NCBI GenBank assembly: GCA_031416075.1
Contig: JANOSY010000005.1
Span: 32,912-96,911, forward strand
Length of the DNA stretch: 64,000 nt
Source of the DNA: Candidatus Tenderia sp.
GTDB lineage: Bacteria > Pseudomonadota > Gammaproteobacteria > Tenderiales > Tenderiaceae
Direction: 5' to 3'
Below the pieces are notes generated by a model. That model was not told the DNA's origin and ran no database searches. It saw nothing but the letters and a program-made list of their open reading frames with translations. The translations under genes and the position numbers were made by a program. Below, piece after piece: positions 30,350 to 39,293 of the stretch. Position 1 is the first letter of the stretch, and each line of letters starts with the position of its first letter.

Positions 30350-31986
30350 AGCTGAATAATTGTCTCACCCAACTTAGCTGTCAACTTGAGGTTCTCAGCA
30401 TAATCTACCGGACAGTCAATGATCGACACGGTCTCATCGGCCAGGGCCTGTTGTAGTACCGGCAACAACTCCTCGGTTTTATTAATGCGGTAGCCTTTGG
30501 CCCCAAACGCCTCCGCATATTTAACAAAATCAGGGTTATTAAAATCAACGTGACTCGGACGGCCATAGTGGTTCATCTGCTTCCACTTGATCAATCCGTA
30601 ACCACCATCATTCCAAATAAGAATAACGATAGGAGTCTTGAGTCGCATCGCCGTCTCAATCTCCTGACTATTCATCAAAAAACCGGCATCTCCCGTCACC
30701 GCCACCACCTTCTTATCCGGGTAGGCAAGTTTGGCAGCAATAGCACCCGGCACAGCGATGCCCATGCTGGCAAAGCCGTTGGAGATGATGCAGGTGTTGG
30801 GCACCTCACAGCGAAACATACGCGCCATCCACATCTTGTGGGCACCAACATCACAGATGGCGATATCTTCCAGACCCATGGCGGTACGCAGATCCCAAAT
30901 CAGTTTTTGTGGCTGTACTGGCCACGCCGTACTTTGGGCGTGTTCGTTCATATCTTTAATCAATGCATCGCGCAATGGTCGTAGCTTTTGAACCCCCGGT
31001 TGCGGCGTAGCCAGCCCTGCAATGCGCTGTAACGACTCCTTGATATCACCCACCACGCCAATCTTGACACCGTAATGAGCATCCACCTCGGCGGGCTGGA
31101 AATCGATATGGATGATAAAACGGTCCTTGGTGGGGTGCCAGAGATAGGGGTGGTACTCCACCAAATCGTAACCCACACAGATAATGACATCCGCTTTATC
31201 GAAACCAATCCCTACATAATCCTTGGCCTGCAAACCGGCACTACCAAGTGCAGTGGGGTGTTTAAAAGGGACAATCCCTTTAGCCATAAACGTATTGGTC
31301 ACTGGAATATTAAGCTGGGCAGCAAAATCGGCCAGCTGCTGGGCTGCCTGAGCACGTACTACGCCATGGCCCGCGAGAATAATCGGATTTTTAGCGGCAG
31401 AGATTGCCTCAACAGCCGCGTCAATACGGTCCTGAGCGGGCGCAGGAAGCACCGGGTTTTTTGACCAGAGTGGCAGGCTATCATCAGCCAACTCCATATC
31501 AGCGATGTTTTCTGGGAATTCGATAAAACTTGCGCCACTCTTCTCCATCTGCGCCTGTTTAAACGCCTTACGCACCACCTCGGGAATAATTTCCGGCATC
31601 AACAACCGTGCCGAATATTTGGTAATAGGGCGAAACATCTCCTCCAGATCAAGCACTTGGTGTGACTCTTTGTGAAGTCGATGGGTACCCGCCTGACCCG
31701 AAATAGCCACCAGCGGCGCATGGTCCATATTGGCATCCGCAACACCAGTGATCAGATTAGTGGCACCAGGACCGAGTGTCGACAGACAGACACCGGCCCG
31801 GCCAGTAAGACGGCCATAAACATCGGCCATAAAAGCAGCGCCCTGTTCGTGACGCACAGTGACAAATTTGATACTGGAGTCCAGCAACGCATCCATCATG
31901 GCGAGATTCTCCTCACCAGGAATGCCAAAAATATACTCCACGCCTTCGTTTTCGAGGCAACGGACAAAAAGTTCTACTGCTTTCAT
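30346..31986 (-). CDS. acetolactate synthase large subunit-like ThDP enzyme
   Basis: FGIPGEEN, RHEQGAAFMA, TLGPGATN, GDAGFLM...WND ThDP motif; no small subunit adjacent. Confidence 0.9.
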   Translation of the reverse strand: MKAVELFVRCLENEGVEYIFGIPGEENLAMMDALLDSSIKFVTVRHEQGAAFMADVYGRLTGRAGVCLSTLGPGATNLITGVADANMDHAPLVAISGQAGTHRLHKESHQVLDLEEMFRPITKYSARLLMPEIIPEVVRKAFKQAQMEKSGASFIEFPENIADMELADDSLPLWSKNPVLPAPAQDRIDAAVEAISAAKNPIILAGHGVVRAQAAQQLADFAAQLNIPVTNTFMAKGIVPFKHPTALGSAGLQAKDYVGIGFDKADVIICVGYDLVEYHPYLWHPTKDRFIIHIDFQPAEVDAHYGVKIGVVGDIKESLQRIAGLATPQPGVQKLRPLRDALIKDMNEHAQSTAWPVQPQKLIWDLRTAMGLEDIAICDVGAHKMWMARMFRCEVPNTCIISNGFASMGIAVPGAIAAKLAYPDKKVVAVTGDAGFLMNSQEIETAMRLKTPIVILIWNDGGYGLIKWKQMNHYGRPSHVDFNNPDFVKYAEAFGAKGYRINKTEELLPVLQQALADETVSIIDCPVDYAENLKLTAKLGETIIQL

Positions 31987-32047
31987 GGGCCGTTGATAGT
32001 GCCTTTATAGTTGTTATTGGGGGTTAACGGCCAACACGGCGATGAAT

Positions 32048-32677
32048 TTACCCGCCTTTGCTCTCCTTGGCGACCAACTTATTAATCTGCTCGATCATGC
32101 CATCCAAGCCAATGTTATCCATGCCTGGATTGGTGATGTACTTACCGTTGATTACCATGGAAGGGGTTGCTTCAACACCATAACGCTTGCCAAGCTCAGC
32201 CGCACGACGCACCTTTGCTTCAACTGAAAAGGAGCGGAAGGCCTTATGAAAATCATCCTTGCTGACACCATTTTCCACAAACACCTCAGCAATCTCATCT
32301 TCACTGCCAAGGCGGCGTTTTTGCGTATGCACCGCATCAAACAACGGTTTATGGACCTTATCAACCACATTCAACGCCTCAGCAGCATAGTAGGCACGGG
32401 CAAACAGCGCCAATTGCGGGCTAAAAATAGCGGGCAGGCGCACAAACTCGACGTTATCGGGCTTGTTTTTGAGCCAACGCTCCAGCGTTGCCTCAAAACG
32501 GTGACAATGAGAGCAACCATAGGAGAAAATCTCAACCACCTCAATCTTGCCACCTGTTGAAGTCGGCTGGGGCGGCACAATATTTTTATAAGGTGCAGGC
32601 GGCGCCAACTGAGCAAAAGCAGGGGCCAGAACAAACGCAGAGAGCAGGAACAGCGTTGCGATTTTGATAAAACGCAT
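32048..32677 (-). CDS. dsbA: thiol:disulfide interchange protein DsbA
   Basis: Signal peptide, EIFSYGCSHC, cis-Pro loop ATP, INGKY. Confidence 0.9.
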   Translation of the reverse strand: MRFIKIATLFLLSAFVLAPAFAQLAPPAPYKNIVPPQPTSTGGKIEVVEIFSYGCSHCHRFEATLERWLKNKPDNVEFVRLPAIFSPQLALFARAYYAAEALNVVDKVHKPLFDAVHTQKRRLGSEDEIAEVFVENGVSKDDFHKAFRSFSVEAKVRRAAELGKRYGVEATPSMVINGKYITNPGMDNIGLDGMIEQINKLVAKESKGG

Positions 32678-32856
32678 TATTTGGATCCTCATACATGTTG
32701 ATGTTTAGGGGGATTACCCATCACTCTATCACCGACCACCGAACGAAATCACCTCATCATTTCAGAATCACGCCGCCGGTCACTGGAGCGTTGGACCCTT
32801 TTACTGCTATTATCGTTCGCAAAATTTTCCCCTGTTTTCGTCAAGGAGTTACATCC

Positions 32857-33345
32857 ATGTCCGCCAAAGGCATCGATTTAAAAGCATTCATGAATCAGCA
32901 GTACCTGTGTGAATCACTGACCCTGAAAGAGGTCGAAACACTGCTCGAGTATACCGAGCTGGCGGGCTACTCCAAAGATGAAATTATCGCAGAGGCCGGC
33001 GAAGTTGGCGAAGCACTCTACTTTGTCGTCAAAGGGGAAGCTGACCTGCTGTTTGATGATCACGGCCGCGAAATGGTGGTTGGCGTCATGAAAGAGGGCG
33101 AGCTGATGGGTGAAATGTCCTTTTTTGACCGGCAACCACGCATGTTACAGATGCGCGCCACCGCCAACGACACACAGCTGCTCAAACTAACCCGCGCCAG
33201 ATATCAACGTCTCCGTGTCGAACACCCCTACATCGCAGTCAACCTGCTGGAACACGCCATCATCAGCCTCGATCACCTGGTCCGCCGCCTGAGTACCGAA
33301 GAGATCAATCTCTCCCGTTACATCTACGGCCCCGGCAAGCGCTAA
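32857..33345 (+). CDS. stand-alone cyclic nucleotide-binding domain protein
   Basis: LYFVVKG, GELMGEMSFFDRQPR phosphate-binding cassette; no HTH; AAGGAG RBS. Confidence 0.85.
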   Translation: MSAKGIDLKAFMNQQYLCESLTLKEVETLLEYTELAGYSKDEIIAEAGEVGEALYFVVKGEADLLFDDHGREMVVGVMKEGELMGEMSFFDRQPRMLQMRATANDTQLLKLTRARYQRLRVEHPYIAVNLLEHAIISLDHLVRRLSTEEINLSRYIYGPGKR

Positions 33346-33354
33346 GCCACCTTA

Positions 33355-34011
33355 ATGACAAATCCTACCTATCAACGCGCCACCTTTACGATGGGCGCAC
33401 ACAATCTGACGCAGCTGCCCAACTCAGACAACCTGATCGAAATCGCCTTTGCCGGGCGCTCCAACTCCGGCAAATCCAGCGCCATCAATCGCATTACTGG
33501 CCAAAAAGCACTGGCACGCATCAGCAAAACGCCCGGGCGAACACAACAGATCAACTACTTTCAACTCGATGAGCAGCGCTACATCGTTGACCTGCCGGGC
33601 TATGGTTACGCCAAAGTATCCGATCAAGTCAAACGCCACTGGCGACATACACTCGAACTCTACCTGCGCCAGCGTGAATGTCTCCGGGGGCTAATCATGA
33701 TGATGGATATCCGCCACCCCTTTACTGACTTCGATTCACAAATGCTCGAGTGGTGCCAGGTCACCGGCATGCCAGTCCACATTTTGCTGACCAAAGCCGA
33801 CAAGCTGGGGCGTGGTGCCGCAGGGAATACCTTAATGCAAGTCCGGCAAACCCTAAACAGGGAGTTTAGCGTCGAACGCGACCAGCCATGGGCCACCGTG
33901 CAGCTATTTTCCTCCCTTAAAGGGACAGGGGTTGAAGATGCCCAGGCACTGCTGGATGAGTGGTTTGGCTTTGAGCCTGTTCAAACGGCAGAGCCCCCTA
34001 AAAACCGGTGA
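33355..34011 (+). CDS. engB: ribosome biogenesis GTPase YihA/YsxC
   Basis: GRSNSGKSS, SKTPGRT, DLPGYG, TKADK. Confidence 0.97.
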   Translation: MTNPTYQRATFTMGAHNLTQLPNSDNLIEIAFAGRSNSGKSSAINRITGQKALARISKTPGRTQQINYFQLDEQRYIVDLPGYGYAKVSDQVKRHWRHTLELYLRQRECLRGLIMMMDIRHPFTDFDSQMLEWCQVTGMPVHILLTKADKLGRGAAGNTLMQVRQTLNREFSVERDQPWATVQLFSSLKGTGVEDAQALLDEWFGFEPVQTAEPPKNR

Positions 34012-34020
34012 CAACGGGGC

Positions 34021-34150
34021 AAAAAAAAGCCCCGGCTTCACATTGGAGGGCAGCCGGGGCCAAAATTTCCTTCCCGGCTTGGGGAAACCGGGTTAGAGGG
34101 GTTCCCGCTCAAGGGAGGGAGAGCGGGTAAGCGCAAGGGGTGCGCTTACC
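34021..34150 (-). ncRNA. candidate sRNA at the Spot42/ErsA/sX13 locus; four hairpins with C-rich loops
   Basis: Four stems (10, 7, ~7 and 9 bp) with loops CCCCU, UCCCUCCCUU, UCCCC and GCCCUCCAAUGUGA; last stem followed by U8; downstream of polA on the same strand. Confidence 0.75.
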
Positions 34151-34152
34151 TA

Positions 34153-34179
34153 GTAGATCGGCCCTATTCTCGAAAGTTC
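34153..34179 (-). promoter_or_regulatory. sigmaE (RpoE/AlgU)-type promoter
   Basis: Minus strand GAACTT-N16-TCTAC directly ahead of the first sRNA hairpin. Confidence 0.7.
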
Positions 34180-34235
34180 AAGGGCTGAAGGAAAATTTTT
34201 TTCTAACCGGGATGGGATGGGCTTTCGGGTAACCG

Positions 34236-36956
34236 CTAATGCGCCTCATCCCAGTTGGGGCCGACACCTATATCAACCACTAGCGGCACAGCCAGTTCAG
34301 CGGCACCGGTCATGCATTTTTCAATCTCTATCCTGGCCTGATCCAGACACTCTGCACCAATCTCAAATACCAGTTCATCGTGGACCTGCATGATGATGCG
34401 GGCGTTGATGCCGCTCTGCTGCAACCAGTGGTCTGTGCTGATCATGGCGCGTTTGATGATGTCGGCAGCGGTACCCTGCATTGGCGCGTTGATGGCGGCA
34501 CGCTCAGCGTACTGGCGGCGTTGAGCGTTACGGTTGTTGATATCCGGCAGATAGAGGCGGCGACCAAAAAGCGTCTCAACATAGCCTTGGTCGTGGGCCT
34601 CCTGACGCATCCGTTCCATGAACTCCTTTACGCCAGGGTAACGGGCGAAGTAGAGATCGACATATTCCTGGGCGGCACCACGGGCGATACCGAGCTGTTT
34701 GGCTAGACCAAAGGCCGACATGCCATAGATGAGGCCGAAGTTGATCGCCTTGGCGCTGCGGCGCTGGTTGGTTTCAACCTGCTCCAGCGGTACGCCGAAG
34801 ATCTCGGCGGCGGTGGCGCTGTGGATATCCTGCCCCTCTTTGAAGGCGTGCAACAGACCGGCATCGCCGGAGAGGTGAGCCATGATGCGCAATTCAATCT
34901 GGGAGTAGTCGGCGGCCAGCATGATGTAGCCCGGCGCGGCGATGAAGGCCTGGCGGATGCGGCGTCCCTCCTCGCTGCGGATGGGGATGTTCTGGAGGTT
35001 TGGATCTGATGATGAGAGCCGCCCGGTGGCCGCCACCGCCTGATGGTAGCTGGTGTGGACACGGCCGCTACGCGGGTCGATCTGCCCCGGTAGTTTGTCG
35101 GTATAGGTTGACTTGAGCTTGCTCAGGGAGCGGTGCTCCAGAATTAGCTTTGGCAGCGGATAGTCGAGCGCCAGCTCCTGTAGCACCGGTTCAGCGGTAG
35201 AGGGCTGGCCGGTGGGGGTCTTCTCCAGCGTCGGCAGGCCAAGTTTGTCGAAGAGGATTGACTGGATCTGTTTTGGTGAGCTGAGGTTGAACTCCTCGCC
35301 CGCCTCTTCATAGGCGGCGAGGGTGATCTCTTCCATGCGCTGCGCCAGGAAGTGGCTCTGTGTGTGCAACATGTCACGGTCAATGAGCACGCCAGTGCGT
35401 TCGATGCGCGACAGCACTGGCACCAGGGGCATTTCGATCTCCTCAAAGAGTTTTTTCAACCCGGCATCAGACGCCAGTTTTGGCCAGAGCGTTTGGTGCA
35501 GTCGCAGGGTGATGTCGGCATCTTCGGCGGCATAGGGGCCAGCCTGTTCGATATCGATCTGGTTGAAGGTGAGCTGTTTCGCCCCTTTGCCAGCGATATC
35601 CTCAAAGTGGATGGTCTGGTGGCCGAGGTGGGCCAGCGCCAGTGTATCCATGTCGTGGCGCGAGGCAGTGCTGTTGAGCACGTAGGATTCGAGCATGGTG
35701 TCGAAGCGGATGCCTGCCATGGTGATACCGTGGTTGGCGAGCACGCTCATGTCATATTTGAGGTTCTGGCCGAGTTTGGCCTTGTTGGCATCTTCCAGCA
35801 GTGGTTTGAGTACGTTGAGCACCTGCTCGCGGTCGAGCTGCGCCGGGGCGCCCAGGTAGTCGTGGGCCAGCGGCACATAGGCGGCCTTGCCCGCCTCCAC
35901 CGCAAAGGAGACGCCAACGATCTGCGCCTGCATGTAGTCGAGACTGGTGGTTTCGGTATCGAAGGCGAAGAGTTCGGCCTTTTTCAATTGATCCAGCCAG
36001 TGGTCAAAGCGCGCCTGGGTAAGAACAGTTTCGTACTCTGTGGCAATGGCAGCGGACTTTGGCACGTCTGCGTCAAGACCTGGTGTCGCAATGTCGCTAT
36101 CGCGCAACTGATTGAGCCAGGTTTTAAACTCAAGCAGGGTATACAGGTCACGCAGGGCGCTGATGTCGGGGGTGTGCAACTTGAGTTCATCCGGACGCAG
36201 CGCCAGCGCCACATCACATTTGATGGTGGCCAGCAGTCGCGACAGTGCCAGCTGTTCCAGATTGCCACGCAGGTTTTCGCCGACCTTGCCACCAATCTCG
36301 GCGGCGCGGATGACGATCTCATCGACAGAGCCAAACTCCAGCAGCCACTTCACTGCTGTCTTCGGACCCACCTTGGGCACGCCGGGAATGTTGTCAGAGC
36401 TGTCGCCCACCAGTGCCAGGTAATCAACAATACGCTCCGGTGGGATACCAAACTTCTCGATAACACCGGCGTGGTCCATCGAGGTGTTGGTCATGGTATT
36501 GATCAGGGTAATCCGCTCACCCACCAGCTGCGCCATATCCTTATCCCCGGTTGAGATAATGGTATTAATGCCCGCTGCCCGCGCCTGGACCGCCAGGGTA
36601 CCAATAACATCGTCAGCCTCCACACCATCAATAATCAACATTGGGATCCCCAAGGCCCGGACCAGGTTGTGCAACGGCTCAATCTGACTACGCATCTCAT
36701 CGGGCATGGGGGGGCGGTGGGACTTGTACTGTTCAAACAGCTCGTCGCGAAAGGTTTTGCCCTTGGCGTCAAAGACCACGGCCATCAATGTTGGCTCATA
36801 ATCTTTAATCAGTCGCTTAAGCATATTTACCACCCCGTATACCGCGCCACTGGGTAGCCCCTGCGCGGTGGTGAGTGGCGGCATGGCAAAGAAGGCGCGG
36901 TAGAGATAGGATGAACCATCCACCAGGATAAGCGGTTTTTCTGTTTGATCGGACAT
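34236..36956 (-). CDS. polA: DNA polymerase I
   Basis: 5'-3' exo ([14 protein letters not shown]), 3'-5' exo (FDTET), polymerase motifs [23 protein letters not shown]. Confidence 0.99.
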   Translation of the reverse strand: MSDQTEKPLILVDGSSYLYRAFFAMPPLTTAQGLPSGAVYGVVNMLKRLIKDYEPTLMAVVFDAKGKTFRDELFEQYKSHRPPMPDEMRSQIEPLHNLVRALGIPMLIIDGVEADDVIGTLAVQARAAGINTIISTGDKDMAQLVGERITLINTMTNTSMDHAGVIEKFGIPPERIVDYLALVGDSSDNIPGVPKVGPKTAVKWLLEFGSVDEIVIRAAEIGGKVGENLRGNLEQLALSRLLATIKCDVALALRPDELKLHTPDISALRDLYTLLEFKTWLNQLRDSDIATPGLDADVPKSAAIATEYETVLTQARFDHWLDQLKKAELFAFDTETTSLDYMQAQIVGVSFAVEAGKAAYVPLAHDYLGAPAQLDREQVLNVLKPLLEDANKAKLGQNLKYDMSVLANHGITMAGIRFDTMLESYVLNSTASRHDMDTLALAHLGHQTIHFEDIAGKGAKQLTFNQIDIEQAGPYAAEDADITLRLHQTLWPKLASDAGLKKLFEEIEMPLVPVLSRIERTGVLIDRDMLHTQSHFLAQRMEEITLAAYEEAGEEFNLSSPKQIQSILFDKLGLPTLEKTPTGQPSTAEPVLQELALDYPLPKLILEHRSLSKLKSTYTDKLPGQIDPRSGRVHTSYHQAVAATGRLSSSDPNLQNIPIRSEEGRRIRQAFIAAPGYIMLAADYSQIELRIMAHLSGDAGLLHAFKEGQDIHSATAAEIFGVPLEQVETNQRRSAKAINFGLIYGMSAFGLAKQLGIARGAAQEYVDLYFARYPGVKEFMERMRQEAHDQGYVETLFGRRLYLPDINNRNAQRRQYAERAAINAPMQGTAADIIKRAMISTDHWLQQSGINARIIMQVHDELVFEIGAECLDQARIEIEKCMTGAAELAVPLVVDIGVGPNWDEAH

Positions 36957-37064
36957 AACGTTGTATCAGCCGGAATTGAGAGTGGAAGCCGGTTATTATG
37001 CAGCACTTCGATACCATCGTGCCGACAAAACGGCTGATCAGCAGCACTAAAGAGGTCGTTAACC

Positions 37065-37790
37065 ATGGATAGTGAGCAGCGCCACCACCACCCCAGCATG
37101 CAGCACCAGGAGAACGCCAGCCTGACGCAAGAGTCATGGAAGGTGTTTCAGATCATGGCGGAATTTGTTGAAGGGTTTGAGCGGCTGGCCAAGATCAAAC
37201 CCTCTGTCAGCATCTTTGGTTCTGCCCGAACAGTGCCGGAGCACCCCTATTATCAACTGGCGGAACAGATCGCCCGACAGCTCTCCGACTCCGGTTTCAG
37301 CGTCGTCAGCGGCGGCGGCCCCGGCATCATGGAGGCGGCTAACAAGGGGGCATTTGCCGGCAAATCGCCCAGCGTGGGCCTGAACATCGTCTTGCCACAC
37401 GAACAGCGGAGCAACCCGTATCAGGATATTTCGCTCCACTTTCGCCACTTTTTTTCACGCAAAGTGATGTTTGTGAAATACGCCTCCGCCTATGTGGTAC
37501 TGCCAGGGGGCTTTGGTACGCTGGATGAGCTGGCGGAGATTTTGACGTTGGTGCAGACAGGCAAAACCAGTCGCATCCCCATCATTTTGGTACATACACC
37601 CTTCTGGCAAGGGCTGCTGCATTGGTTTGACGAGGTCATGGTTAAACAGGGCACCATCAGTGCCAACGATATGCAACTGATACAACTGGTTGATTCGCCT
37701 AAAGAGGTGGTAGATGCTATCTTTAGCCATTATGAGAAACGGGGGTTTGAAGCCTCTGCCGAAGAACAGGAAAGGCTAATGGATCTGTGA
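37065..37790 (+). CDS. LOG family (TIGR00730-like) nucleotide phosphoribohydrolase
   Basis: SIFGSAR, GGGPGIMEAAN, PGGFGTLDE. Confidence 0.92.
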   Translation: MDSEQRHHHPSMQHQENASLTQESWKVFQIMAEFVEGFERLAKIKPSVSIFGSARTVPEHPYYQLAEQIARQLSDSGFSVVSGGGPGIMEAANKGAFAGKSPSVGLNIVLPHEQRSNPYQDISLHFRHFFSRKVMFVKYASAYVVLPGGFGTLDELAEILTLVQTGKTSRIPIILVHTPFWQGLLHWFDEVMVKQGTISANDMQLIQLVDSPKEVVDAIFSHYEKRGFEASAEEQERLMDL

Positions 37791-37793
37791 CCG

Positions 37794-38081
37794 ATGAGAC
37801 GATATGTGATGGCATTTGCAGCGCTATTACTGGCACAAAGTGCGCTAATGGCAGAAGAGACTGCGGGAACGATGGCTCCCGAGATTGTGATTACCCCGCG
37901 GGACAACAGCCAGGTTAAAGAGTACCGCGTCAATGGTCGGCTCTACATGATCGAAATCACCCCCGCTAAAGGGCCGCGTTATTTCCTGGTTGATAGTGAT
38001 GGTGATGGCACCTTAGAGCGTCGCCAAAGCGGCCCTCTGCTTGGTGTGGAGATTCCACGCTGGACCCTGCTGAAGTGGTAA
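37794..38081 (+). CDS. DUF2782-like exported protein
   Basis: Signal peptide, EYRVNGRLYMI.ITP.KG..Y.L.D.DGDG, P.W.L..W; usual neighbour of polA. Confidence 0.85.
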   Translation: MRRYVMAFAALLLAQSALMAEETAGTMAPEIVITPRDNSQVKEYRVNGRLYMIEITPAKGPRYFLVDSDGDGTLERRQSGPLLGVEIPRWTLLKW

Positions 38082-38411
38082 TTTGTCACAGCAAAATCCA
38101 GCCACTCACGCCTAATATGTACAGTGGTGTTGCCCGTTCATGTCGCGTTACGTCATGATTGTAAAAATTTTGTGATAAATATGGGCCACGCTCCTGATAC
38201 TATCCAACAACACTGGAACAGCCTGACCACCACAAGCACTTTTACAAGGATGTAAACGCAACAATCCGGCCACAGACAGGTCAACCTGATGGTGCACATT
38301 GCACCTCACCACACTAGATTGAATAATTTATATTAATGGCTACGCCTCATGATCATCCGGGGCGTTGAAAATTTGGGGGAATAGCCAGCAACCGCTGGCA
38401 CAGCAACATTG

Positions 38412-39269
38412 ATGTTTAACTGGAAAAAAACTACGGAATTAGCCTCCAATCCGGGACCACGTCTGGTTGGCGGGGTGCAGGTAGTGCTTGTATTGGCACT
38501 GGCCTACAGTCTGGCACAGATAAGCTGGCGCTTTTTACCACCCGTTGAAAAGGCCAACATCCCCGCCCCCGTGCTCTCCTCGATGCTGACCCGCGCCACC
38601 CCCAACAACGCCGGGCAACAGATCCCACAGTGGCATCTCTTTGGCCAAGCCGAGGCTGAAGCGGTTAACGACATCCCCGAAGAGCTGCCGGAGACCAGTC
38701 TGCAACTCACCTTACGTGGCGTAATTGCCGCCCCGGATATGGCCATCGCACGGGCCATCGTGGCAGACCCGGCGGGCAAAGATAATTTCTATAAGGTGGG
38801 GGATACCCTGCCAGGCAACGCAACCCTGAGTGAAATTCATAGTGACCGGATTATCATCCAGCGTGGTGGCCGTTACGAAACATTAACCCTGCCCAAGGCG
38901 TCGCTCGACATGGGCGGCCTGCCAGCAGCACCCCAGAACAGCCGGGCATCCCAGGGCAGCTACAGTCTGCGTGAATATCGCACAGCCCTGTTGAACAACC
39001 CTAACGAAGTGATGGATCTGGTCCGCATCACTCCAAAAAACGAAGGTGGGCAGTTTCGTGGCTACCAGTTACAGCCAGGACGTGACCCACAACTGATGGC
39101 CCGTTACGGCTTGATGGCCGGGGATGTGGTAACAGCCGTCAACGGCATGGCGCTGGATAGCCCCGTCAAAGGGATGCAGGCGATGAAAGATCTGGCCAAT
39201 GTCGAAAGTCTCGACCTCGAAATTGATCGTAATGGCATACGGCAGCGGTTTAGCCTGCCTATTAATTAG
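38412..39269 (+). CDS. gspC: type II secretion protein C (HR + PDZ)
   Basis: TM, HLFG, PETSLQLTLRGV, C-terminal PDZ (GDVVTAVNG). Confidence 0.9.
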   Translation: MFNWKKTTELASNPGPRLVGGVQVVLVLALAYSLAQISWRFLPPVEKANIPAPVLSSMLTRATPNNAGQQIPQWHLFGQAEAEAVNDIPEELPETSLQLTLRGVIAAPDMAIARAIVADPAGKDNFYKVGDTLPGNATLSEIHSDRIIIQRGGRYETLTLPKASLDMGGLPAAPQNSRASQGSYSLREYRTALLNNPNEVMDLVRITPKNEGGQFRGYQLQPGRDPQLMARYGLMAGDVVTAVNGMALDSPVKGMQAMKDLANVESLDLEIDRNGIRQRFSLPIN

Positions 39270-39293
39270 TGCTGACCGGGAACAAAACGCATA

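Noticed and set aside
35352-36554. 400-aa antisense ORF inside polA
   Set aside because: Shadow ORF from codon bias
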